A stretch of 62,559 bases of DNA, filler included, from Globobulimina sp. (taxonomy: Eukaryota), in assembly GCA_003354225.1 (NCBI GenBank). It is 13 parts of 13 records of this genome, joined end to end, with 100 filler letters (N's around TTAATTAATTAA, not from the genome) between each part and the next. Parts side by side here need not be neighbours in the genome. Positions count along the whole stretch, not along the records: positions 1 to 4,731 come from PIVH01000969.1; positions 4,832 to 9,561 come from PIVH01000970.1; positions 9,662 to 14,387 come from PIVH01000971.1; 10 more parts are not named here. One strand, written 5' to 3'. The stretch's first letter is position 1, and each line of letters opens with the position of its first letter. The notes under the pieces were generated by a model that had not been told where the DNA came from, made no database searches, and saw only the letters and a list, made by a program, of their open reading frames with translations. Of the stretch, positions 1 through 9,662 are shown one piece after another. The position numbers and the translations under genes are program-made.

Positions 1-1
1 C

Positions 2-607
2 TTTGTATTGATAATCATCATAAATAAATAAAAAAAGTGTAAATCCGACTTGTGACGAAGTTCGACCATGTTTTTTAGCATAAAAATGTAAGATTATTCC
101 AAATATTACAGTAAGCAATGTGCAACAACCAAGGATTGAGCACAATGTTTGTATAAAAAACATTAATTGTTGGAAAGTGGGTAATATATTTATAATACCA
201 AATTGACAGATTGTTAGCATTAACTGAATCATGTATAATATTGTAATCAATGTACATAATTTATTTATTGATTTGACATGAAATAATGTTGATACTTTAA
301 CATTTGGTGTAAGTTTTTTAATATTCCATAATAAATCGATCTCTTTTGGATATGTTGAACATTGTGTCACAACTTCTGATATTTTACATTTTAGTGTTTT
401 ATTTAAATGAGTTACATGTATATGGAAATCATTCAATATTACACGTTTTCTGTATAATTCAATCACTTCCTTTGTATCATACTTGATATGCCGTTTATTA
501 CACCTATCACACTGAAGATTTATTGGTATTTTCACTTTTGCTACTTCTGATCCATTGATTGAGTCATGAAAAGAAGCGTGACATGTTGCATTTTGTACAT
601 GTTTCAT
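2..607 (-). CDS. Hypothetical membrane protein, 3'-partial (not in ORF track)
   Basis: Manual translation from ATG at 607 (MKHVQNATCHASFHDS...) is open for 202 codons to the window edge, with two hydrophobic segments (LCTLITILYMIQLMLTICQFGII; FFIQTLCSILGCCTLLTVIFGIILHF). Confidence 0.6.
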   Translation of the reverse strand, partial: MKHVQNATCHASFHDSINGSEVAKVKIPINLQCDRCNKRHIKYDTKEVIELYRKRVILNDFHIHVTHLNKTLKCKISEVVTQCSTYPKEIDLLWNIKKLTPNVKVSTLFHVKSINKLCTLITILYMIQLMLTICQFGIINILPTFQQLMFFIQTLCSILGCCTLLTVIFGIILHFYAKKHGRTSSQVGFTLFLFIYDDYQYK

Positions 608-833
608 TTAACTAGTTTTTTAACTTATTGGACCCGTCGCTATCAAATCCCAAACCCCACAATTAAACAGCGTCAGAAATTCTAAAAAACGCCTATAAAA
701 AACACCCTCGGGGCTCCTGAAAGTTGAGCCATGCTTCAAAATTTATATTTTGGACTATGAATATTTATTGGTATTTTCACTGTTGCTACTTCTGACATGT
801 AGCATTTTTAATGTATGTACATGTTTCATTTAA
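518..833. repeat. Imperfect direct repeat (518-611 and 763-833) duplicating the 5' end of the 607 gene
   Basis: Both copies share ATTTATTGGTATTTTCACT.TTGCTACTTCTGA, ACATGT.GCATTTT and TGTACATGTTTCATTTAA. Confidence 0.8.
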
Positions 834-874
834 TCATTTAACTTAAATCCACGGCATGTACAATTAGTACAAAG

Positions 875-2371
875 TCACGAAAATGTATTGATATCAGCTG
901 TTTGTGAATATCCCTGTGTCGTCGCAGAAGTTGCAGTAATATTTTTATTATCATACAATTCGTTGCTCTCAGAGCCTCCTTCATCCGCATCATTATTGTT
1001 ATTATTAATGTTGTTGTCAATGTCCTCAATGTTCCCAATCGCAGTAACATTATTTACATCGTATAAACCATCATCATCTGAATCATCATCACCTTCTTGT
1101 TCAACATTATTATCATTCTCAAAATTAATATTCCCAAAATCCGTCACATTCTTAATCATATTCATTGCACCAGATTCTACCCCATCAGCTATTATTTGTG
1201 TTGTTGTTTCTTGTGACATTGATATCATTTCTGCGACCAATATTTTATTTTTTTTGCTTTTCTTTGATTTACTTACACATAAAAATAAGACCAAACAAAC
1301 AAGGAAAATAAACATAGCCAACATAACAAACACTAAAATGCTTTGCAACACATTGAGTGAACCAATTATTATCACAGTTTTATCATTATTTGCTTTTCCT
1401 GAATGTGTTGTATTATAAATGGTCGTTTCTGTCGTAGATTCAGTTGGTTTATCGGTTGGATAATTTACAACAACATTGATTGTTGGATTTGGTGCCTTTG
1501 ATGGTATAAATGTCGGTGACACAGTGGGTATTGATGATGGATTGTATGTCGTTTCAGTGGGCGATATCGACGGATATAATGTTGGATTTATGCTTGGATA
1601 TAATGTTGGGTTTGATGTTGGATTCATGGATGGATTTATTGTTGGATCGTATGTTGGGTTTACTGTTGGATGAATGGTTGGAAATAATGTCGGATTATTC
1701 GTTGGATCCTTTGTTGGGTCATTTGTTGGATCGCATGAAACTGTATTAATCACAAAGTTTGTGTATCCATTCCATGCTGAATTCCATGTATATGAGTTTG
1801 GAAAAGTCATATCAAAATATAACATTTGTTGTGGTGGACTGCAGCCAAATGCGTTATTATCCACACATAATGTATTATAATGTGTATAATCTGAGCCGCA
1901 AATATTATCATTAATTATCCATTCAGCAACATTATCATATCCATCTCCGACAGACAGTGTAGGAATACACCAATCATTGATTGTATAGAAAGCACTGCCG
2001 TCAGAGGTCCACATATATACATGATCGATGATCACCTCATCAATGGCCGCAGGATTATCAATCATTATTTTATATTCTGGAGTGTTTGTTTTGTGACAAC
2101 TTGATGTTCCAAGTATTGCCCACGTATTTCCAGTACAAACATATGCTTCTGATGGTGTTGTCGGAGTTAAATCACATTGATATATTGTGAAATTATACCA
2201 TAATGTTACGGTAATTGTTTCTGTTGTTCCTGAATTAACATTACTGTCTAACAGAAAACCAAAGGCATTGATGTTATCCATTGCTGTTGCCATTAAAAAT
2301 ACATTTGATATAAAGAATGCAATGATTGTTGATTTAATTGAGTGAGATAGGCGACTGCATAACGATAACAT
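875..2371 (-). CDS. Type I membrane/surface protein with PT-repeat stalk
   Basis: Hydrophobic N-terminus, Cys-containing ectodomain, tandem PTxx/PSxx repeats (PTNDPTKDPTNNPTLFPT...), one TM helix followed by KSKKSKK, acidic cytoplasmic tail. Confidence 0.85.
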   Translation of the reverse strand: MLSLCSRLSHSIKSTIIAFFISNVFLMATAMDNINAFGFLLDSNVNSGTTETITVTLWYNFTIYQCDLTPTTPSEAYVCTGNTWAILGTSSCHKTNTPEYKIMIDNPAAIDEVIIDHVYMWTSDGSAFYTINDWCIPTLSVGDGYDNVAEWIINDNICGSDYTHYNTLCVDNNAFGCSPPQQMLYFDMTFPNSYTWNSAWNGYTNFVINTVSCDPTNDPTKDPTNNPTLFPTIHPTVNPTYDPTINPSMNPTSNPTLYPSINPTLYPSISPTETTYNPSSIPTVSPTFIPSKAPNPTINVVVNYPTDKPTESTTETTIYNTTHSGKANNDKTVIIIGSLNVLQSILVFVMLAMFIFLVCLVLFLCVSKSKKSKKNKILVAEMISMSQETTTQIIADGVESGAMNMIKNVTDFGNINFENDNNVEQEGDDDSDDDGLYDVNNVTAIGNIEDIDNNINNNNNDADEGGSESNELYDNKNITATSATTQGYSQTADINTFS

Positions 2372-2626
2372 TACTTTATTGCATGCGCCATTACTTTATT
2401 GCAGTTCAAAAAAGTTCATTTCAGATGTGACCAATATTTTATTATTTTTGCTTTTCTTTGATACTTATAATCAAACAACTGAAACAAGGTAAAAAATTAT
2501 AATTGCAAGACTAGAAACTTAAAAAATAATTAAAAAAAACTATATAAAACCTAGAAAAAAAAATAGATCGAAAAATAATTCAAAATGTGCAATAAACACT
2601 ACAAAAATAATAAAATTATCTACCAA

Positions 2627-4729
2627 CTACTTATTCCACTCATCACTTGAATCAGAATCAGAATAATAACCGCTTTGCTTCATATTCATATTAGCACCGC
2701 CATAATAATTATTATTTCTATTTCCTTCATATATTCCATTTGTTGAACTGACCAATGAGCAAACATCAACAATTTTTGTTTCACCATCAGTCGCAAAATA
2801 TCCATTCTCACCATAAATATTATAATGCGTATCAATCATTTTTAAATTTTTGTTATTTGTTTTTAAACAAAATGTAAACTGAGCATGCAATGCAATTTTA
2901 ATTACATTTCCCGGAAATGAATATATTTTACCAAAACCAGCAATGTCCATCAATTTGCTATTTATAATCTCAATGTTATGTACATTGTTTGCATTATTTG
3001 TAACTAATTTATTTTCTAATTCATGTACAATGCCTTGATTATTACATATTGGTATTTCAATCATAAATTCTTGAATATTTGCTGCTGCTCCATAACAGAC
3101 ACTATCCTTATCATCTATTACCAACTCATATTCGTAGCATCTAAACGTATTCTTATACTTATACGATGTCACAAATTCAATATTCCAATTCGTGTCTTTC
3201 ATGCTACACTCAAAGTTATTATGATTTGCCAAAACAGGCTCCACATAAATATCATTCTGCTGATTTACTTTATTTGCATGCATACATTGACAGCGATCCT
3301 CATCATAAATCTCATTTACATCACATCGAAAACCATCAACGCCTAAATCTCTACATTTGCATTCACATATATTCACGTCAAAAATTTGTAACTCACTGCA
3401 TATTTCTACAGATTGCGCACATTTTACACCTGGTTCCGGTGTAGAATTATCTGTACGTATACACTCACATTTATTTGTATCAAATCTCTCATGTTCAGCA
3501 CAAGATACATCCGATGATTGTATACATGTACAAGCACATATATCTACAATAAATATTTGTAAATAGTTACATATTGCGTGTGGTTGTGGACATAGTGGGT
3601 GAGTGGTGATTAAATGTGGTTTTGTCGGTGCTGGTATCTGTGATGGTAATAGTACGAAGGTGTTATGCGGTATTGGAATAGTTGTTTGCTCAGGAATTCC
3701 CGTCGTGTTTACAACTTCAACTGGCAACATTGTAGTATGTGAGCTAGCAACGTGTGGTATATTTGTGACACTCGCAGCATGACATATATCCCATGATAAT
3801 TTAGCTTTGATTGGAAATCCATTCCATCCTTCATCGACAACATCATTTATAGCCACATATGGAATATTATTATACGCATTATCAGCCACTAAACACTGTA
3901 AATCCCGCGCTATTTCTCCAACAATATCATTAATTGTATACGATGTTACAATTAAAGCAATATCATGTGTTTCTAATTCGGATTTTTCCGTACATATTCT
4001 AGCAGGATCCTGATGATAATCTTTCTGCATTTCACCATTGAATATCACCAAAATATCTTTATTTGTTGGTGTTGATTCATCACTAAATTGTTGCAAAGCA
4101 ATGTCAATCGCATACAATAAATCTGTATTTTGTGTGCGTTCAATATGTGAAATATCAGCTTGCATCGCATCAATATCAATATCTCGAATATATACGTTTT
4201 CATCATATAATATAACTCGTGAATGTGAATTTACATTGCGGCCAATTGTAGAAACAGTAACATCTGTAATTAACTCTGCAATATTATGATAATCGGAGAT
4301 GGTATTCATTGCAGATAATGATATATCAATTAAGTAAATTATATTCACTCCAAAATCATTGTTAATGGCACACATACATTGTACGACAAATACATCACAA
4401 TGACAACCTAAAGTATTCGCATAATATGCATCATTGCATGGTGGATCTGACTCAATTTCCCAACATGTTTCGTAGACAAAATCAGTGTCCAGATTTATCA
4501 CAATCGGACTTATTACATGCGGAGTTATTACATTTGGACTGATAATCGGTAGTGTTTTGGGTGGAGTTTGCGGAGAATTACAAATAGAAAGGACACAGCA
4601 ATTCGACACCGCATAATTTGTCCCTGAAAATAACAATGATATACACACATTAAATTGTGATACGTATTTTTGGACGTACCGGTAGTTTATCTGACCCAAA
4701 TTCGGCGTTACCGGATGGTGTATTGGTTT
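2627..4729 (-). CDS. vWA-like domain and Cys-rich (CxCxC) repeat protein, 5'-partial
   Basis: Frame open to contig end. NIIYLIDISLS is a MIDAS-like DxSxS motif, followed by TDLLYAIDIALQQF and ILVIFN. Repeated C..QIF..D.C.C.C units follow. Confidence 0.7.
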   Translation of the reverse strand, partial: KPIHHPVTPNLGQINYRYVQKYVSQFNVCISLLFSGTNYAVSNCCVLSICNSPQTPPKTLPIISPNVITPHVISPIVINLDTDFVYETCWEIESDPPCNDAYYANTLGCHCDVFVVQCMCAINNDFGVNIIYLIDISLSAMNTISDYHNIAELITDVTVSTIGRNVNSHSRVILYDENVYIRDIDIDAMQADISHIERTQNTDLLYAIDIALQQFSDESTPTNKDILVIFNGEMQKDYHQDPARICTEKSELETHDIALIVTSYTINDIVGEIARDLQCLVADNAYNNIPYVAINDVVDEGWNGFPIKAKLSWDICHAASVTNIPHVASSHTTMLPVEVVNTTGIPEQTTIPIPHNTFVLLPSQIPAPTKPHLITTHPLCPQPHAICNYLQIFIVDICACTCIQSSDVSCAEHERFDTNKCECIRTDNSTPEPGVKCAQSVEICSELQIFDVNICECKCRDLGVDGFRCDVNEIYDEDRCQCMHANKVNQQNDIYVEPVLANHNNFECSMKDTNWNIEFVTSYKYKNTFRCYEYELVIDDKDSVCYGAAANIQEFMIEIPICNNQGIVHELENKLVTNNANNVHNIEIINSKLMDIAGFGKIYSFPGNVIKIALHAQFTFCLKTNNKNLKMIDTHYNIYGENGYFATDGETKIVDVCSLVSSTNGIYEGNRNNNYYGGANMNMKQSGYYSDSDSSDEWNK

Positions 4730-4731
4730 TA

Positions 4732-4831
4732 NNNNNNNNNNNNNNNNNNNNNNNNNNNNNNNNNNNNNNNNNNNNTTAATTAATTAANNNNNNNNNNNNN
4801 NNNNNNNNNNNNNNNNNNNNNNNNNNNNNNN
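4732..4831. other. Artificial contig linker (N44-TTAATTAATTAA-N44), first of 12
   Basis: Identical 100-nt blocks with stops in all six frames at 4732, 9562, 14388, 19212, 24035, 28858, 33675, 38492, 43308, 48123, 52938 and 57750. Segment lengths fall from 4731 to 4710 nt, as expected for size-sorted contigs. Confidence 0.98.
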
Positions 4832-5014
4832 GCGTTTGGCTCATCCCGTGGGCCTTGCAAGTTTGGTAGAGTCGCCATTGTTAAGTTGACGAGTGAAAAC
4901 TAATTCGATTAGTGATTTTACTTTCAATTCACTTAAATGCACAAACTCTAATACAACATGAAAGAAATATTTAATATTATTTGCAACAGATTCAAAGTTT
5001 TTCCCAAGTCCGAG

Positions 5015-5323
5015 TTAATAGCTAAAGTTAGGCCATGTTGCATTTATTCTATCACAAACACAACAATTAGGCCACGTTTCATTTGAAATATCACACGAAC
5101 AGCAAGGAGCATAACTATTATTAGATCCTAATGCAATTTGAGATGCTCCCCAAATGCCTTGCGTAGATAATATTGAAACTGGATTCCCATAATTTTCCAA
5201 ATTACCATAACCAAAATCATCGGCATAAAGTATGATTATATTTGGCAGAAATCCAAGTGGTGTGGCAGCATAGAATATAGGCAACAAATTAAAATACAAT
5301 ATTGTAGTAAGTAGCTGAGACAT
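5015..5323 (-). CDS. Arylsulfatase-like mini-ORF lacking the catalytic core (102 aa; possible pseudogene)
   Basis: Signal peptide plus PNIIILYADDFGYGNLENYGNP (sulfatase N-terminal motif), joined directly to IWGASQIALGS...PCC...CCVC (like the ARSA C-terminus). No CxPxR motif. Confidence 0.65.
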   Translation of the reverse strand: MSQLLTTILYFNLLPIFYAATPLGFLPNIIILYADDFGYGNLENYGNPVSILSTQGIWGASQIALGSNNSYAPCCSCDISNETWPNCCVCDRINATWPNFSY

Positions 5324-5377
5324 TAGTATGTGAGACAAGATTAAAAAAAAACTCACAAGTGGACTTTATGACTTTTA

Positions 5378-6660
5378 TCAACGTAAATCGTCAGTAGCTG
5401 GATAATTTTCGTGTTTCTCAATAAAATCAGCAGTTTGTTGTATTTTTTTCCTAGCAGTACGCACTGCAGTTCGAATTTCATGAAAAGAGTCGGTACATTT
5501 TTCCCATTCCTCCTTAAAAAATGGATGTATTCTTTCATAGACGCCATGATTATCAAATATCCAATAAATGCTCATCAACGGATTAATAAACAATTTGCTT
5601 CCTCTGGTTCTTTGATTTCCAGCCCAGTGTTCATTGCCAAACTTGCCTTCAATGGATGTCAATATGCTGGAGCCAACGATGGATATCGAATGTTTCATAT
5701 ATTTGTAGCTGAATTCACTTGCTTCGCGGTAATAAATGCAAGGTTTTTGGTATGGTAAACATTGAATACATCCTAAATATGATTTGCTTTGCGTTAATTC
5801 AGCCATTGCTCGTAATGTACTCACATCAGATACGCCGTGATATCGATCTACGCCCATTCCTAAACATATTAAAAATTTATTGGTTACATTCTTGTTTTTG
5901 ATATTTTCCACACTAAATATCGAATTATAGTCTTCTTCGACTGTCCCAACACCAAATTCATTACCTTCAGGGCAAGTTATTTGAATATATTTATTTATAT
6001 AACAAAGCATTTTGAAATTAGTGTTGAAATTTTTAAGTAAATTGGATCTAAAAAATGCAGACAAAGTTTCAACATTAAATTTATGATTAAAATGCTTTGG
6101 TATTTATACATATACAATGTCAAATAACTACCTTTCATCAAAGAATCTGTTCCGCCATCAATTGTAATTACTGTATCAATATTTAATTTATCCACTAACA
6201 TTTCATACGCTGCACATAATGGTTTATAACCAAAATGAGGGAATGTATAAACTGGAACATCCAAATTTTGTTTCTCTTTAAAATATAATGATAAATAATA
6301 TTCGGGGAAGTAATTTTTCGATTTAACTGATTGGAAATAATCCACTTTGTCGGCGGATACTACAATGACTAATGGATCTTTATCATTTTTATCATACCAT
6401 TTCTCAAAACTTGGTTCATTTTCACAATCAGTAAATGTATAATTTGCTAAGAATACTTCATATCCCATATGAATGAGTGTAAAATATAATGGTATTCCTT
6501 GATAAATATCAAATCCTCCACCGCATCCACTTAGTAATATCCTTTTTGAATTTTTTATTCGATGCCAAAATGGCGGCTGGAGGGACATCAATGCATCGTC
6601 TTCTTGTTTTTGTTCTGTGCTATCATCAACTGCCTCCGTCTTTTTTTCAAACGAAGCCAT
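5378..6660 (-). CDS. DUF1152 family protein; 1 intron (5965-6131)
   Basis: ILLSGCGGGFDI, YFPEYYL, and after splicing DGGTDSLMKG-NEFGVGTVEED, then GVDRYHG, SIVGSSI, LFINPLMSIYW. A GT..AG intron restores the frame between ORFs 5995-6666 and 5378-6064. Confidence 0.85.
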
Positions 6661-6725
6661 GAACAAAGTTTAACGATATATAAGCTGACAGAAAATACTT
6701 TCTTTACTAAAAACCTTAAAAAAGC

Positions 6726-7459
6726 ATGTTTCGTTTAATCGTATTTATTGCATTATGTGCATCAACATTGGCTCACATGTGTTTATTAGCTCCATATCAA
6801 AGACCAGGATTTGTAAATTCTAGCTCATTGTCAAAAGCAGGCGCCGATGAATGTGGTATAACCGCAGGTACACAATACAGAATGAATGCGATTGAAACAA
6901 AACAATTCATTCGTGCGTTCAAACAAAAACTCCAATGGCAACATTGACAACATATATACGAAATTGTTTTGCTTCAATTGCAAATTGCAATGCATATATG
7001 CTATAGCACCATGTGGCAGTGTCCCGGCAAAAAATGTGAATGCTGTAATAATGAGTGAAATGGTAACGGTTGTAATGGAAAAAAATTTAGATCATTTTAT
7101 AAGTTCAAGCCCTGGTAATTTTACTGTGAGGTACTTAGTATTCTAAAACAAATGCGATTGAAACCAAAAAATGCGTATAGCTCAAACATATTGCACGAAC
7201 TACGAAATTGTTTTGGTTTCAATTGTAAATCGCAATTACTGTAAGTTTATGGACTGTCGGTGGTGAATTTGTTCGAGTTTTAGGTGTTGTTACGGACGAT
7301 GCGCGGCCATCCGGTTCATTGTATCAAGTACGTGTTAGCGTTCCCCACGAAGGCGGCCAAACTAAAGTCATTATCCAGGCTGTTTATTATACAAATAATC
7401 CAAATGCACCAGCAGCATTTTATCAGTGTGCGGATTTGGAAATTTATCCAAGAAATTAA
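6726..7459 (+). CDS. Small secreted His-brace (LPMO/X325-like) protein, 159 aa; introns 6868-7006 and 7131-7245
   Basis: Spliced product is MFRLIVFIALCASTLA|HMCLLAPYQR...ECGITAAPCG...NLDH...QAVYYTNN...FYQCADLEIYPRN. Exon lengths 142+124+214 = 480 nt. Confidence 0.7.
6886..7236 (+). repeat. Two copies of a short inverted-repeat element, one in each intron
   Basis: Left arms ATGCGATTGAAAC(A/C)AAA at 6886 and 7152. Right arms TACGAAATTGTTTTG..TTCAATTG.AAAT.GCAAT at 6957 and 7201. In each intron the arms are reverse complements with few mismatches. Confidence 0.85.
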
Positions 7460-7569
7460 TAATATGTATAATTATTAATTGTATTAATTTTTACATTTCT
7501 ATTAATTTTAATTTATCGCACAATGATTTCTACGCAAAATCGAACACCATAAGCCAGTGCGTGTAAGTT

Positions 7570-7681
7570 CACTAAACGATGAGTTTTAAATCGATATTTT
7601 GTATACGATTTATGCAAAGAAAATTTGCATTGGGTTTGCAAAGTGAATACAAACTGTTGTATCAAAACTCATCGTTAAGTG
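7570..7681. repeat. Intergenic inverted repeat (MITE-like)
   Basis: CACTAAACGATGAGTTTT (7570-7587) matches the reverse complement of AAAACTCATCGTTAAGTG (7664-7681) at 17/18. Confidence 0.7.
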
Positions 7682-7794
7682 GCGTAGCTTGACTGTACAT
7701 GCTCTAAAACGTCGTCATACTCTCGGACTTTAACAATTACATATATGTCAATAGAGAAAACAAAACAAAACAAGAAGGTTCGGTCATTAATAAA

Positions 7795-9227
7795 TTAATC
7801 CGCGGTCCTGCCATACGGACAAGAGAGAGACACAGGAATATTAATCAACATCCCATCAAATTCGGGCCTTATCCATATACAACAGCCCAACCTCGAAGTC
7901 GGTGTAATATGTCGAAATTTAACAAAGGCCAATCTCTCCCTCCAATCAAAAGGCGGTATCAAATGGAAATACTTTGGTGAAATATCCATTTGACATAAAT
8001 GGCACACGGGGCCGGCACCGTATATCCGCACAATCCCTCGATCATAGCCATTGCAATAACCATCGATCGGTACCAAATATCGACGGCAACATTGCAACAA
8101 TGTCTCCCCAACCATGCCATACACATAATATTTGGTACCCATCGCATCCACAAATATCAAACGCACAAAATCCTTCTCCTCCACTTTATCGTCAACAAAG
8201 GTTTTGATGGTGGACATTTCAATTTGTTTTCTAGCGAATTCCTTCCTCATTTTCTCGGGATCGGATGGGTTGATTTGCTCTTTCAATCTGGCGTTCCGCA
8301 CAGCGATTAATTCATCGCCGACCAACGGCCTCTCTTCGATGATATTGTTTTTTATCTGACATAAATCGTGTTTTTTTAACATATAAACGCTACAAAAATG
8401 CAGTTAGACGCATTTATACATTAACAAAACATCCATCACCTTATATGAGCCATACTTTTTGGCTCTTTTTTTCAAGTTCAACCGTTTTGTTTCGGTTTTG
8501 GTAGATTTATATTTATATTCAGTATCGCTGGAATATTCCTCTGTTTTCTCGTCAACAGAGACCTCCTCCTCGCTCTCTATCACGTTCTCGTCCTCTCGGT
8601 CTCCCAATATCTCCTCCACAATGTCCTGCCATTTGGCAGTCACATTTTCAAAATCTTGCGTTAATTCAGGCACTAAAGGCTTTAAACTACAAAGTGCGAG
8701 GATGTCAACGCAAAATCGCATAGCTATACGTGTATGGCACTAAACTGTGGGATGTTTCGCATCATTTCCAAATGCATCCCGATGTTATGCACTCGATAAT
8801 GATAATCGATGTCGTGGTTCATTGTGATATCGTCACAACCTCGTTTTGCGAGTGGCGACCGATATAAATCTGTATTGCCGTAGGCGCGTTCAACAAAATC
8901 AATATCGAAGTGTTGCATAAAGCGGTCGTTCCAAGGATGCCAATGAGTGCCTTGAGCCAAATCTTCCTCCAATACGTTGTCAAAGAGTATTTTGCGACCA
9001 TATGGCAAATCTTTACCTACGAATGGGTTTGGGTATGGATCGTCCAATTCTTCTTCAATTTGTTTGCTATTTCTGCCAGTTATGATTGGCTTTTTCATTG
9101 GCTTTGCATTGTTTGTTGATGCGTCATATGCATCCGATGTGGTGCGCAATATACGGATTGTAAATATAGGCAATGATACTGACTGTGTGAGCTTTGTGAT
9201 ACGGCTTTGTCTCAATCGAGAAAGCAT
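7795..9227 (-). CDS. Mitochondrial 2Fe-2S ferredoxin-like protein with long N-terminal extension (435 aa); introns 8687-8745 and 8390-8455
   Basis: Arg/Ser-rich presequence MLSRLRQSR. C-terminal adrenodoxin-type domain GETLL..IDGYC..GAGPVCHLC..TSRLGCCI..FDGMLINIP. Exons 482+231+595 = 1308 nt, in frame. Confidence 0.75.
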
Positions 9228-9662
9228 GGTATTCGATTTGATATTTGCACTGTGAAATATACTTCGCAAAAACATCATAGTAAAGCATGGATGACATGGA
9301 TGACAAACCGAATATAAAAAGAATATTCGTTGCGCTCACCGAAGGTGGTCTCAGTGGGAAATATACCGAAGACACGTGCGGCATTGATCTGTCCGAGGCG
9401 TTTTTCCAATTTATCATCGAAGAAGAGGTCATGTTTTGTGTAATCCTGTTGCAATGCGTACAAATAATAAGCATATAACTATACACAGTTTGATGATGAA
9501 CAAATACCGGCAGAGTTTGGAGACGGTGCCGAGGAAGAATCTTTTTTTATGGATTGGTCAGNNNNNNNNNNNNNNNNNNNNNNNNNNNNNNNNNNNNNNN
9601 NNNNNTTAATTAATTAANNNNNNNNNNNNNNNNNNNNNNNNNNNNNNNNNNNNNNNNNNNNA

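Noticed and set aside
1476-1740. 12-nt periodic GTTGG repeats and overlapping plus-strand ORFs
   Set aside because: Explained by the PTxx repeats of the minus-strand protein; the plus-strand ORFs are antisense shadows.
4776-4787. Regularly spaced TTAATTAATTAA palindrome as a biological repeat or CRISPR-like array
   Set aside because: Always centred in N runs of identical length; it is a six-frame-stop concatenation linker.
9275-9561. Possible spliced gene fragment at contig end
   Set aside because: An intron-like segment exists, but frame and product could not be established.
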